From positions 2,688,001 to 2,752,000 of the forward strand of contig CBDCDC010000002.1 in the NCBI GenBank assembly GCA_965215195.1: a stretch of 64,000 nucleotides of DNA. The letters run 5' to 3'. The notes beneath the pieces are model-generated. The model worked only from the letters and a program-made list of their open reading frames with translations. It was not told the DNA's origin and did not search any database. Shown one piece after another: positions 35,706 to 45,549 of this stretch (positions are counted from its first letter, which is position 1; every line of letters starts with the position of its first letter). The stretch comes from Candidatus Latescibacterota bacterium (GTDB taxonomy: Bacteria > Latescibacterota > UBA2968 > UBA8231). Position numbers and translations under genes: made by a program.

Positions 35706-38051
35706 CTAATAGATGACGGAAATGACACCTGTGTGCGTGTCGCGGCCCGCCTCGGCCCCCAAATCAAGGCGGTAGAGATACATGCCCGGCGCGACCACGG
35801 CCCCGGACTCGTCGCGGCCCGTCCACGTGACGCGATGGCCCGTTGCGGTCGGCATGGATTCGACCAGAGCGACTCGGCGGCCCGCTAGGTCGTAGAGCGC
35901 GAGCGCGGGGGTGGCCGCGTCTAGCTTAAAGACCACAAAGCGCATGTCGAGCGCGTCGTTGATCCCGTCGCCGTTGGGCGTGATCACGGAGGAGGCCAGT
36001 TCCAATGCGTCGATGAGCAGGCCGTGCTCAGCTAGTTCCGGGAGCATTACTACTTGGGCGCGGCGCTCGGCCGGCTCAACCGACTGCCAGAGGCCGGGCC
36101 GCTCGCTCAGCCCGAGGTCGAGGGGAAAAACCGTGGCATTGTGCAAAACCCGCGTCGTGAAACCCACCCGAATCGAGTCCTCGGTCGCGATGCGCGGCAG
36201 GGCGACCAACAGGGAATCGCCCCGCTGCTCAACGCGGGCGGGCGCGACCGGCGCAGAGCCGATGTGCAGCTCGACATCCTCGGCGGCAACCTCGCCGGGC
36301 AGGGTAAAGCGCAACAGATCAAAACCCGAGTCCTCGGCCTCCATCTGTGGCCAAAGCGTATAGGTGAAACGGGTGTCCTCGTTGGGGCTGGCTTGGCGCG
36401 GCTCAATGCGGCCCACCGCGCCCTGCAACAGCGCGTCCTCAAACTCAACCGACAGCGAACGGACCACCGGTGCCACGCTGGGGTCGTCGGTAGAGAGGAT
36501 CATCTCCAGCAGAATGAAGCGGCGCGGGCTTTCCGACTGGAATACCTCGCCCGAGAACTGATAGACGTTGCTCCACTCGCCCCAATCCTCGCCCACCACG
36601 AGCGTCGTATCGACCGGGCCGCGCAGCACCTTGGGCGAGCTCTTCCACTTCTCCTCGGTGACCTGCTCGCCGATCTTGTTGTAGAAGGTATAGACCGGCT
36701 CTAGCGAATTGCCCGAGCGCGAGCGCAGTTGCAGGCGGGTGCCCGCGGCCAGCTCGGCGTCCCAAGAGAGGTTTTTGATGACTTTCGGACGGCCATCGCC
36801 CGCAAGTTGGCCCAAGTCCACGAAGTCCGAGTGCAATACGACTTCGGCCGGATAGCCCGGGGAAAACAGCATGAATTCGGCCCATTTGACGATGCCCCAG
36901 CCGGTGTCCTTGATGCCGTGCCAGAAGAAGTAGCGCATCTTGCGCGGCTTGAACACATAGCGAATGTAAAGCAGGCGGTCGGCGTTGGGGTTGATGTGGG
37001 TCAGGAGCTCGGTGTAGTCAAACGCATCGGGCACGGGCAGATTGGAGCTGAGGCTGCGGGTGCCGTCTGAATAGAGCACGGTATGGCCCGGGCCCGTGCC
37101 ATTGATCGAGAAGCCCACCAAGCCCTCGTCGGGCCTAAAGGAATAGAGGAAGAACTCATCGACGAAAAATACCGCCCCCAGATCCACGCCAAACCACACC
37201 CCGCCCTCCTTCCAGCCGAGGCTGCCATAGGAAGAGCCGATTAGGTTGTTGGTGTTCATGTCGGCGTCGAAGAGATTTTGCGGATCGACCGAATTGACGC
37301 CGTTGACAAAGCGACCCCGCTGCATGGTGCCAATGCTGATGTTGTCGCCGATGGCGCGGATTTCGACCTCGGCCAAGGCCGCGCCTGGGGTCTGCTCTTC
37401 GGCCTCAATGCGGATGCGCTGGATCACGCGATAGTTGTTTTTGGCCACCGCGTCAATGGCCAAGCCCTCGTCGAGCTGAAGTACACTGTCGCGGGCGGCG
37501 AATCCGAGGGGGATAGCAATTTCGCTGGCCGCATTGGGCTGGGTGGTGCGGAAGAGTGGGTCCAGCAGTACCAAGTCGTCTTGCACCGAGATGCGGGTCC
37601 CGGTGCTGCCGTACACGGTAAACTGGCGGAAGGGACGCGCACCCTCCTCGTCGGGAAAAACGAGGCGTATTTCCCGAGCCAGCACGGCCCGGCCCAAGTC
37701 TATTTCAATGGCCCAGTCCTCGACCGCGTCCGCTGGATCTGGACGCCAGAAGGTCTGGAGATCCCCGTCGATGATGTGGTCTGCATCGGCTGGATTGGAG
37801 GCCGCCTCCCAGATGCCGCCGGCAACTCGCCCGCGGCTCTTGCTCTCGTAGGAAAAGCGATGAGCGTCCGCGACCGCGTTGATGTCCTTGCGGAACTTGA
37901 CGAGCTGTAGCTGGCCATTCTCGCCCACCTCGGTCAGGCCGAAGGGCACCTGCCAAGTTCCCCAAGCATCGCGGCCTTGGAAAGTCAGGATTTCGCTGCG
38001 GGCGGCCACGGCCGCAAATGCGACGCAGACGAGCGGCCAAAGAATTCGCAT
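35706..38051 (-). CDS. Secreted protein with C-terminal FlgD-Ig/CHU_C-like tail
   Basis: Signal peptide; discoidin-like IIDGDLQTFW..IDLG; TPNGDGIND, YDLAGRRV, WTGRDESG, PGMY. Confidence 0.8.
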   Translation of the reverse strand: MRILWPLVCVAFAAVAARSEILTFQGRDAWGTWQVPFGLTEVGENGQLQLVKFRKDINAVADAHRFSYESKSRGRVAGGIWEAASNPADADHIIDGDLQTFWRPDPADAVEDWAIEIDLGRAVLAREIRLVFPDEEGARPFRQFTVYGSTGTRISVQDDLVLLDPLFRTTQPNAASEIAIPLGFAARDSVLQLDEGLAIDAVAKNNYRVIQRIRIEAEEQTPGAALAEVEIRAIGDNISIGTMQRGRFVNGVNSVDPQNLFDADMNTNNLIGSSYGSLGWKEGGVWFGVDLGAVFFVDEFFLYSFRPDEGLVGFSINGTGPGHTVLYSDGTRSLSSNLPVPDAFDYTELLTHINPNADRLLYIRYVFKPRKMRYFFWHGIKDTGWGIVKWAEFMLFSPGYPAEVVLHSDFVDLGQLAGDGRPKVIKNLSWDAELAAGTRLQLRSRSGNSLEPVYTFYNKIGEQVTEEKWKSSPKVLRGPVDTTLVVGEDWGEWSNVYQFSGEVFQSESPRRFILLEMILSTDDPSVAPVVRSLSVEFEDALLQGAVGRIEPRQASPNEDTRFTYTLWPQMEAEDSGFDLLRFTLPGEVAAEDVELHIGSAPVAPARVEQRGDSLLVALPRIATEDSIRVGFTTRVLHNATVFPLDLGLSERPGLWQSVEPAERRAQVVMLPELAEHGLLIDALELASSVITPNGDGINDALDMRFVVFKLDAATPALALYDLAGRRVALVESMPTATGHRVTWTGRDESGAVVAPGMYLYRLDLGAEAGRDTHTGVISVIY

Positions 38052-38064
38052 CGTTCCCACTCCC

Positions 38065-40116
38065 TCAGTACGCTAGGCCCACGGGGCGGAGCACGGCAGC
38101 AGCGCGGAGCTCGGATTGCAGGGCTACGGAAATTAGGTACACGCCCGGAGGCAGGGCAGCGCCCTGTGCGTCGCGTCCGTCCCAGCGCACCGCTTGCGGA
38201 CCGGCCGTTTGCAAGCCTTGGGGCACGGCGGCTACGCGGCGTCCGTCAAGTGCATAGACCACCAGTTCGACGGGCACTTGTTCCGGCAGGCCATAGAGGG
38301 CATAGGCCACGCCCAGCTCGTCGTGAACGCCGTCGCCATTGGGCGTCAGCACGGGCGTTGAAAAGCGCAAGTCTTGCAGCAGAGCGGGTTGCTGAACCGA
38401 AGTGCTGAGGACGCGCAGGCTGTTGGTGGAAAGCAATTCGCTGGCGTCGCCAGAGACGATGGGTTGGGGCAAGGTCTCGGCCTGTGAGTCAGTGACTGTG
38501 CCCAAGAACGTGGTGGCCAGTTCAAAAACTTCTGCTGCAAAGACGATGCGCAACGGCGCGTTGTTGGCGCGGGTGACGCGCTCGGGCAGGATCACCGTTA
38601 GCCCGTCGTCCTCTTCGCGGACGGTGGCTGGATCGGTCGCTTGGCCGCCGACGAGCAACGCTTTGAACGCGGGCCGGCCCCCCGTGCGGATACGCACTTG
38701 GTCGAAGCCGCGCTGACTCCCCCCCGAAAAGGAGGCCGATAGGTCGTACGCAAACTCGACCATCGCGCCCAAGGCCACCTCCCCGAATCCATGTGCGGGC
38801 TGCGGGTCGGCGAGCGGGGCCACCTCCCCGAGAACGCGCGCCGCCAACAGGGGTGCCCGCTCGACCCACAACGAGTCCAAGCGCACAAAATCCGCAAAGC
38901 GGGTGCTGTGCAAGGTAATGAGCACCTGTATGAAGGAGCCGCTGTCGAGGTTGAGCGGCAGACCCGACTGGGTCGTGGGCGTCGACCAGAAGGTCCAGTT
39001 GTCGCTGTCATAGGTAATAGAGGCCCTCATGCCAGGCCGAGGACTGCGCTGTTCGAAGTCGCAGGAGGCGCACGTGCGGGCAAATCCGGTGCGGAGATCG
39101 TTCTCGTAGCGGTCGCGGGAGACGACCTTCTCCTTGCCGGTGACCGTGTATTCGTGATAAATGTTCGGGTCGTGGTCGCGGCCCGTGCGCACCTCAATCT
39201 CGGCGAAGGCCCGTGCATCGGGTGCCTCGACAGCCTCGCCATCGACAAAGCGCATCGGCGTGGCAGAAAAGAACAATCGGCCAAAATTTTGCTCAACCCC
39301 GAGGTTGATGATTTTGGAGCGGTACGTGGCTCGCTTGGGAAAGCCCTCGCCATAGACCTCAAACTCGCTGATGGTGCCCAAGAGCGAGCGGGCTTGATTG
39401 CCTTGGCCGCCGGACGTGCCGCTGACGCGGGTCAAGGCCGTCTCGTCGATGATGGAGAATTTGCGCGCCCAGCGGAAGAAGCGCACGTATTGCTGGTCGA
39501 AGCCAATGCGCACGTCAGGCGCAAAATTTTGCGTCGGCTCGGCGATGACCCTTGCGAGGGGCAACGGGCCTTTGACGGCGAAAATCTCGCTGTTTTCCTC
39601 TTGGATCGAGACTTGAAAGGCCGGCGTCGAATCCGTGCGCAGGGGAGTGCCATCGGAGCGGAAGCCGCCCGCAGGCGCGTGGAAGCCGAAGGTGTGCGCT
39701 GGCATAGGCACCGCTAGGTCGATGGTGAAAAACTGCTTGCCAATGCCCTCGGCTTTGGAGGAATTGTACGTGGTGCTGTCGGCATCGATGAGTGCCACGC
39801 CGTTTTCGGTCGGGTCGCCGTTGCCCTCGTTCCACTTCCAGATGCGAGGCCGCTCGCCGTCGATATAGCCCAAGTCTTTGGGCTGGCGAAAGGTCGTCCA
39901 GTTGTCGAGCAGGGAAATGATGTTGACGCCCGGCTCAACGCGCACCGGCTGGATGGCACCGGGGACGCGCTCAAAGTCAATCATAATGCTGACCGTGTCT
40001 TGGCCGGCCCAAGGCTGGCTGCCGCCGAGTTGCCAAGTAGTAACCTCGGCTTTTAGGGCTGCCGGTGCTAGGAGCGCAATACCAGCGGCGAGCGCGAAGC
40101 TGCGGATACTCAGCAT
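38065..40116 (-). CDS. Secreted protein with C-terminal FlgD-Ig/CHU_C-like tail (paralog)
   Basis: Signal peptide; TPNGDGVHD, YALDGRRV, WDGRDAQG, PGVY. Confidence 0.8.
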   Translation of the reverse strand: MLSIRSFALAAGIALLAPAALKAEVTTWQLGGSQPWAGQDTVSIMIDFERVPGAIQPVRVEPGVNIISLLDNWTTFRQPKDLGYIDGERPRIWKWNEGNGDPTENGVALIDADSTTYNSSKAEGIGKQFFTIDLAVPMPAHTFGFHAPAGGFRSDGTPLRTDSTPAFQVSIQEENSEIFAVKGPLPLARVIAEPTQNFAPDVRIGFDQQYVRFFRWARKFSIIDETALTRVSGTSGGQGNQARSLLGTISEFEVYGEGFPKRATYRSKIINLGVEQNFGRLFFSATPMRFVDGEAVEAPDARAFAEIEVRTGRDHDPNIYHEYTVTGKEKVVSRDRYENDLRTGFARTCASCDFEQRSPRPGMRASITYDSDNWTFWSTPTTQSGLPLNLDSGSFIQVLITLHSTRFADFVRLDSLWVERAPLLAARVLGEVAPLADPQPAHGFGEVALGAMVEFAYDLSASFSGGSQRGFDQVRIRTGGRPAFKALLVGGQATDPATVREEDDGLTVILPERVTRANNAPLRIVFAAEVFELATTFLGTVTDSQAETLPQPIVSGDASELLSTNSLRVLSTSVQQPALLQDLRFSTPVLTPNGDGVHDELGVAYALYGLPEQVPVELVVYALDGRRVAAVPQGLQTAGPQAVRWDGRDAQGAALPPGVYLISVALQSELRAAAVLRPVGLAY

Positions 40117-40126
40117 ATCCTGTCTC

Positions 40127-40867
40127 CTAGCGGAAGTGAACGTCGGCCGCGTGGGGGATGCCGGGACCGCGCTGCATTCTCATTAGCTGGCGCTGACGCG
40201 GGCTCAAGCCATCCCACCACTCGGGCGGAAAGCCGTCGTGCGGGTCGAGCTGGAAGACCAGCATGTGCTTTCTGTAGTGGCCGAAGAGGGCGTGGCGGTT
40301 GCGGTCGCTGGTGTTGGCACCGCCGCCGTGCCAGCACTGCCCGTTGAAGACGATCACCGAGCCGGCCGGGGCGGTAGGCTGCACTTCGTGCTGGACCGCG
40401 AATCCCTCCGGGGGCGCGGCGAGTCCGCTCTTGTGCGAGCCGGGCACCACGCGAGTGCCGCCGGTCTCGGGGCTGAAGTCGTCGAGCATCCACACGGTAT
40501 TCATCATCACCGGCGTGTCCATGTTGAGCATATAGGCGGGGATGTCGCTGTGCAGGTCTTGGAAGCCGTCGCCGGGGCGGACGATGCGCGAGTTGAGGCT
40601 GCCCAAAATCAGCGAGGACTCGAGAAAGTGTTCGAGGATGGGCAAGACGCGAGGGTGGTCAATGCACTGGTGGAAGATGCGATCCATGACCGGGAGGTTG
40701 GCCACGTGGCGGGCCGAGCCGCGGTGGGTGTGTTCGGTGCCGTGCTCTTGTGCGCAGCGGATCAGAGCACGGCGCATGGCAGCGGCCGTGTCGGCGTCAA
40801 GGACGCTTTCGAGCAGGGTGAAGCCGTAGAGTTCGATTTCTTGGGTGGCTTGTTCGCGTTCGTTCAT
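40127..40867 (-). CDS. PhyH-family Fe(II)/2-oxoglutarate dioxygenase
   Basis: LHSD, GGTRVVPGSH, WHGGGAN..R; AAGGAG RBS. Confidence 0.9.
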   Translation of the reverse strand: MNEREQATQEIELYGFTLLESVLDADTAAAMRRALIRCAQEHGTEHTHRGSARHVANLPVMDRIFHQCIDHPRVLPILEHFLESSLILGSLNSRIVRPGDGFQDLHSDIPAYMLNMDTPVMMNTVWMLDDFSPETGGTRVVPGSHKSGLAAPPEGFAVQHEVQPTAPAGSVIVFNGQCWHGGGANTSDRNRHALFGHYRKHMLVFQLDPHDGFPPEWWDGLSPRQRQLMRMQRGPGIPHAADVHFR

Positions 40868-41318
40868 GGAGGTCTCCTTTACAGGGGGGAGTAAGATAAA
40901 GGAGAGTGATTTAATCGTCAAACTCAGGTGGTGGATCAAACAAGCTAGGGGATTCCATACTTTATTTGCTTTGTCTCGATCCTTTTCTTTCCAGTTAAAA
41001 TCAATGTCAAACTCACTTAGTGTCTCACCATATATGACTAAAGGGAATCAAAAATAGATTTATGTCATTACTACGCATCATCGCTTGAGACGACCCACTC
41101 CAGTTACCAGCCAAAACCGCGATAGAGCTTCTGATGCTATGATATCTTCGCCTAATAGCAGAATGGGCATTGCAAAAATTGCTAAGTACACGACAGTAAA
41201 GTCACTTTGTCGCCACCGCTCTCGACGCTGTTGCTCCCGGCCTTCGGCGGCACTCTGATATTGAACTCCATGCGTTGCACTTACTAAATCGAATCGAGCC
41301 AGTCCCCGTTCACTTCCA

Positions 41319-42632
41319 CTATGGACGACGGAAACAAGTATTCACCGTTTCATATAATTCACTTGGACTATTAGGCGACGCAAATAGTGAGAAATCATGT
41401 ATAGCGTTGTGTTTGGATTTTGGATTACTCTGTGCGCGAGGAGTATCTCCGCTAAGTGAATCGAACAGCGTCTGTTGACTATAACTATCTTGGCAATGTG
41501 CATCTTTGTTTACGAAATCGCCCATAGCCTGTAGTCCTCTAGCAAAGCGTGTTAGTATCGTCTTTATTGCTTCAATGCTGTTATCTGCACCTATCCAACT
41601 GCGTTGCATTTCGTTTGCAACAGCAAGAGTTGTCCCAGAACCGGTAAAACAATCAAGCACCAAATCACCGGGGTTAGAAGAAGCGGCAATAATTCTTCTA
41701 ATTAATCTTGGATTCTTTTCAGTTGGGTAGCCAGTAATTTTTATATTCTGATTATGTGCATCACGGAACTCCAACCATATGTCCTGAACGCTAACTCCTG
41801 GGTGTTCGTCAAGATAAACTTTTCTTCTTGGATTTCCGTTCTTTGACCAGAATATTTCTCCCCTCGCGTCCATTTCATCTAGCACCTTAGGCGTGTACTG
41901 CCAGTGTTTGCCCGAGGGGGGCATTTTCCCCCTCCATGGTTTACCAGTTTCCCCCCTGCGTGTTCCCGGAGCATGAACAGGGACTTTCATATACTTCCGT
42001 CCAGTACCCTCTTCGACGTACTGATATTCTTTTTTTCTTTCTTCAGATAAAGGAACAGTTTGTTTATTCCAGATATACTTATCTGTTTTGGTATAAAAAA
42101 GTACGAAGTCTGCGATATTGCCGTATGTTTTTCGCGTATAGTTTTTAGGATTACATTTCTTCCGAACAATCATATTTCGGTAATTTTCGGCTCCAAATAC
42201 TTCATCCATGATGAGTTTCATTTCGAAGATCATTTTTTCATCTAAGTGTAAGTAAAGCGATCCTTTACTCGACAAAAGTTTATGAAGCAAAATAATTCTT
42301 TTACGTAAAAATTCAACGAATAGAGCACCAGTTAAGGTGTCTTCATAGGCTCGCGATTGCTTTCGGGAAACAAATTGGCTTTGAGTGGCAAATGGAGGAT
42401 CTATGTATATGAGGTTTATCTTACCGCATATATCAGGATCTGCCACAAGGACGCGAAGGACATCGAGATTATCGCCAAAGTACAATCGCTTACGAGATGG
42501 ATTGGAATAGAGTTTATCAAAAGAGACTACGGAATCATTGAATATTTCTTCCTCAGTCGCTTTACCTCTATAATCAAGATGCACTCTACCACCTAATAGA
42601 GTATCATTTTTTTTGGGAATACCGATCGCCAT
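41319..42632 (-). CDS. Beta-class amino-methyltransferase
   Basis: IYIDPPF, YPTEKN, LVLDCFTGSGTT; low GC. Confidence 0.92.
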   Translation of the reverse strand: MAIGIPKKNDTLLGGRVHLDYRGKATEEEIFNDSVVSFDKLYSNPSRKRLYFGDNLDVLRVLVADPDICGKINLIYIDPPFATQSQFVSRKQSRAYEDTLTGALFVEFLRKRIILLHKLLSSKGSLYLHLDEKMIFEMKLIMDEVFGAENYRNMIVRKKCNPKNYTRKTYGNIADFVLFYTKTDKYIWNKQTVPLSEERKKEYQYVEEGTGRKYMKVPVHAPGTRRGETGKPWRGKMPPSGKHWQYTPKVLDEMDARGEIFWSKNGNPRRKVYLDEHPGVSVQDIWLEFRDAHNQNIKITGYPTEKNPRLIRRIIAASSNPGDLVLDCFTGSGTTLAVANEMQRSWIGADNSIEAIKTILTRFARGLQAMGDFVNKDAHCQDSYSQQTLFDSLSGDTPRAQSNPKSKHNAIHDFSLFASPNSPSELYETVNTCFRRP

Positions 42633-43524
42633 ATCTAATACCTCCCCTGCAAGAATGTAACCAGTCCATAGTGATACGTTCGGGGAACATTCTGAGTGTT
42701 ACGACTTTCACTTTTCCATGCCATGAATTTTCAATATGGGCGTAATCACTCCACATTGAACCAAGAAGTAATCCTGGACCATCGTTTAAGAATATTACTT
42801 TTACGTCTATACCTTTTGACTCGACATACCCAAGGATTTCGCTTGCACAATCTCGATACTGACCCGTTCTGTCGTCTTCTTGTGCGCCACCTCTATCAGA
42901 ATCATAACGGGCCAAACCTATGGCGAGCGGGATGCCGTCCCTGATTAATACAAAATCGACTGGACGCTTCGGGTTGGGATAATCTTCAAAAATTTCGCCA
43001 AGGTTCACGTCTTTTCCGGCACGCTCTGGCCCAATAATGTCAAGTTCAGAATATCTCTCTCGGATTATCGTGAATAAACGTTCTGTCAGATCATAACCCT
43101 TCTTGCCGCGATCCTTATATTCCCAAAGAACGGCGCATAATGCCTCATCGGGCATAGGACGTGATTGGAATGCCGACTGCACTTCATTGATTGCGCGAAA
43201 TCCTTTGCCAAACTGATCGCATATATCTTGAGCAGCAGATTTCTTCTTCAGCATTTCTACTGAAGTTTCTGGACTTACGTATTTCCTAAATACTCGGCAT
43301 AGCTGTATTCGCATCCATTGCGGTGTGGTTTCAGCTATTGCAAGAAAGAGATCGGTTGAGGAATGTGAGGATTTCAACAAATGCTCAAATGTAACCAATA
43401 CAGGCTCATACCGTTTACATGCGAGCGGAAGTATATCAGGATAATACTCGCCGGTTGATAACGTGATCCATAGATAATCTTCCTCTTGATAGTCAGCGAA
43501 TGATAATTCTCTTCGTTTTGTCAA
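42604..43524 (-). CDS. Probable type II restriction endonuclease (tentatively BstEII-like)
   Basis: Overlaps the MTase; low GC; PVDFV..ARYDSDRGGAQEDDR; family assignment from memory, unverified. Confidence 0.65.
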   Translation of the reverse strand: MTKRRELSFADYQEEDYLWITLSTGEYYPDILPLACKRYEPVLVTFEHLLKSSHSSTDLFLAIAETTPQWMRIQLCRVFRKYVSPETSVEMLKKKSAAQDICDQFGKGFRAINEVQSAFQSRPMPDEALCAVLWEYKDRGKKGYDLTERLFTIIRERYSELDIIGPERAGKDVNLGEIFEDYPNPKRPVDFVLIRDGIPLAIGLARYDSDRGGAQEDDRTGQYRDCASEILGYVESKGIDVKVIFLNDGPGLLLGSMWSDYAHIENSWHGKVKVVTLRMFPERITMDWLHSCRGGIRYGDRYSQKK

Positions 43525-43622
43525 TTTTCCCTCTCTTCAAAAAATATCTAATTGAGCAGTAAGGAAGTCAAATATACCTCTACACCTAGTACGGACGAGA
43601 GACCCCGCGCCCCAACTGCGAA

Positions 43623-43750
43623 TTACTCGACCACGGTCAGCCCGGTGAAGATGCGGCCGTTCTTAAAGAAGTACGCCTTCGATATATCCTTGCGCTCCAC
43701 CCCGCCGCCGTGCAAAAGCCCGCCCTCGCAGCCCGCATCTGCGTCTAAGT
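43623..43750 (-). pseudogene. Orphan 3' gene fragment
   Basis: GC-rich coding-like ...YLDADAGCEGGLLHGGGVERKDISKAYFFKNGRIFTGLTVVE* without a credible start. Confidence 0.4.
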
Positions 43751-43803
43751 ACATTATGAAAAACGCTCTCATGTGCAAGGCATCCATCAGCAGCAAACAA
43801 AGA

Positions 43804-44523
43804 TTACACTGAATAGAGCGCATCCGCGATCATGCGCAGCGACAGGAGCGTGAGCACTATCCTGAAGACCTTGCGGAAGAGGCTTTCGGAAAGCCGGTCG
43901 CGCAAGCGCGTCCCGCACCACGAGCCAAGCGCGGCCGCGCCAATCATCCCGGCGATGAGCGGCAAGTAGGGCGCGAAGGCGAAGCCGACAAAGCCGAAGA
44001 CCAAAATTTTGCACAGGTGAGTGACGGCCATGACCGTGCCGTGGGTAATGACCAAGCGGTCCTTGGGCAAACCCGCGCCGGCTAAGAAGGCACCGCTCAG
44101 AGGTCCGGCCACGCCGACGAAGAGGGAGAGAAAGGTCTGGAGGGCACCGAAAATGGCAAAGTGGCCGGGCAGGCGAAACGCGCGTTTGGGCACGGGAATC
44201 CAGATGACGAGGAGGATGACGAGGCCGAGGTACAGAGGGAGGTTGTCAAAGCTAAAGCCACCGACTACCTGCGTTCCCACGACAGCACCGAGGACTGCGC
44301 CGCCGGAGAAGGGCCAGAAGATGCGCCATTCGATGTGGCGCAGGCCAAAAAATACGCGGCTGGCGTTGGAGGCTAGCTGCACGGTACCGTGGACGGGAAT
44401 GATGGCCGCGGCGGGCAGCAAGCCCGGCATGACCGAGATCAGCGCAATACCGCCGCCCACCCCGATGATGGCGGTAAAGGTCGAGGTCAGGAAGGAGACG
44501 CCGATCAGGAAAAGGGGCTCCAT
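43804..44523 (-). CDS. TauE/SafE sulfite exporter family membrane protein
   Basis: GVGGG, VQLASN, multiple TM segments. Confidence 0.88.
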   Translation of the reverse strand: MEPLFLIGVSFLTSTFTAIIGVGGGIALISVMPGLLPAAAIIPVHGTVQLASNASRVFFGLRHIEWRIFWPFSGGAVLGAVVGTQVVGGFSFDNLPLYLGLVILLVIWIPVPKRAFRLPGHFAIFGALQTFLSLFVGVAGPLSGAFLAGAGLPKDRLVITHGTVMAVTHLCKILVFGFVGFAFAPYLPLIAGMIGAAALGSWCGTRLRDRLSESLFRKVFRIVLTLLSLRMIADALYSV

Positions 44524-45549
44524 TTAGTCGGCGAGCACTTCTTGAGCATAGGCGAACAGGGCGGGGGTGCCGCCAGTGTGCAGGAAGATGGCCTCGCCGT
44601 CGAGCCTGCCGTCGCGTGCGTGGGCAACAAGGCCGGCGAGGGCCTTGCTGGTGTACACGGGATCGAGGAGAATGCCCTCCTTGCGCGCCAAGGTGCGCAA
44701 GGCATCCAAGCCGGCGGGAGTGGGGATGCCGTACCCCTCGCCGACGAAGGAATCGTCGTTGTCGAAGTCGGCCGCGCTCATGGCAACGTCGAGGCCGAGG
44801 CGGCGGGCGGCTTGGTTGGCGATGGTGGCCATGTCCTCGTGGCGACCGTCGGCACCGGGGAAAGGGCTGAAGCCGCGCACTTGGATTGGCGACTCGATGT
44901 AGGCCAAGCCTAGTGCCACGCCGGCTTGGGTAGTGTCGAGGGCGCAGAGATAGAGGTAGGACGGGTTGATGCCTTGCTCTGGGCATTGGCGGGCAATCTC
45001 CACACCCGCTTCGGCATAGGCGATGGCGTCGAGGTCGATGGTATCTTCGCGGCGCGGCCAATACACCTGTTTCCCCTGTGCGGAAAGCTCCTCGACCTTG
45101 GCTTGGATGGCGTTTTGCTGGCCGCGCTGATCGCCTTCCGCTAGGACGGTGATCTGTGCGCCGAGCAGGTGTTGTAGCAGGTTGTTGCCTTGCGATTCGG
45201 TTCGGTCGATTGCGCGCACCGGCCGGAGGAGCAGGTGCAGTTCCAAGTCCAGTTTGGCGCAGGCCGCGGCGAGTTGGCGGCAGTAGTTGGACTGCACGGC
45301 CGCGCCCGAGACGATGGTATCGGCCCCTTTGGCCAAGGCGTCGGCCAAGGCAAACTCGAACATCCGCGTCTTGTTGCCGCCAAAGGCCAGACCGGTCAGG
45401 TCGTCGCGCTTGATGTAGAGCGCAGGGCTGTCGAGGTGAGCGGTTAGGCGCGGCAGTGGCTCCAGCGGGGTGGGGCGGATTGAAGCTAGCTGGACGCGGG
45501 GTAGCTTGGCGATGGCTGCGGTGAGGGCGTTCGCTTTTACAGGGTTCAT
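44524..45549 (-). CDS. D-cysteine desulfhydrase/ACC deaminase family PLP enzyme
   Basis: KRDDLTGLAFGGNKTR, QSN, LDPVYTSKA, FLHTGG. Confidence 0.92.
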   Translation of the reverse strand: MNPVKANALTAAIAKLPRVQLASIRPTPLEPLPRLTAHLDSPALYIKRDDLTGLAFGGNKTRMFEFALADALAKGADTIVSGAAVQSNYCRQLAAACAKLDLELHLLLRPVRAIDRTESQGNNLLQHLLGAQITVLAEGDQRGQQNAIQAKVEELSAQGKQVYWPRREDTIDLDAIAYAEAGVEIARQCPEQGINPSYLYLCALDTTQAGVALGLAYIESPIQVRGFSPFPGADGRHEDMATIANQAARRLGLDVAMSAADFDNDDSFVGEGYGIPTPAGLDALRTLARKEGILLDPVYTSKALAGLVAHARDGRLDGEAIFLHTGGTPALFAYAQEVLAD

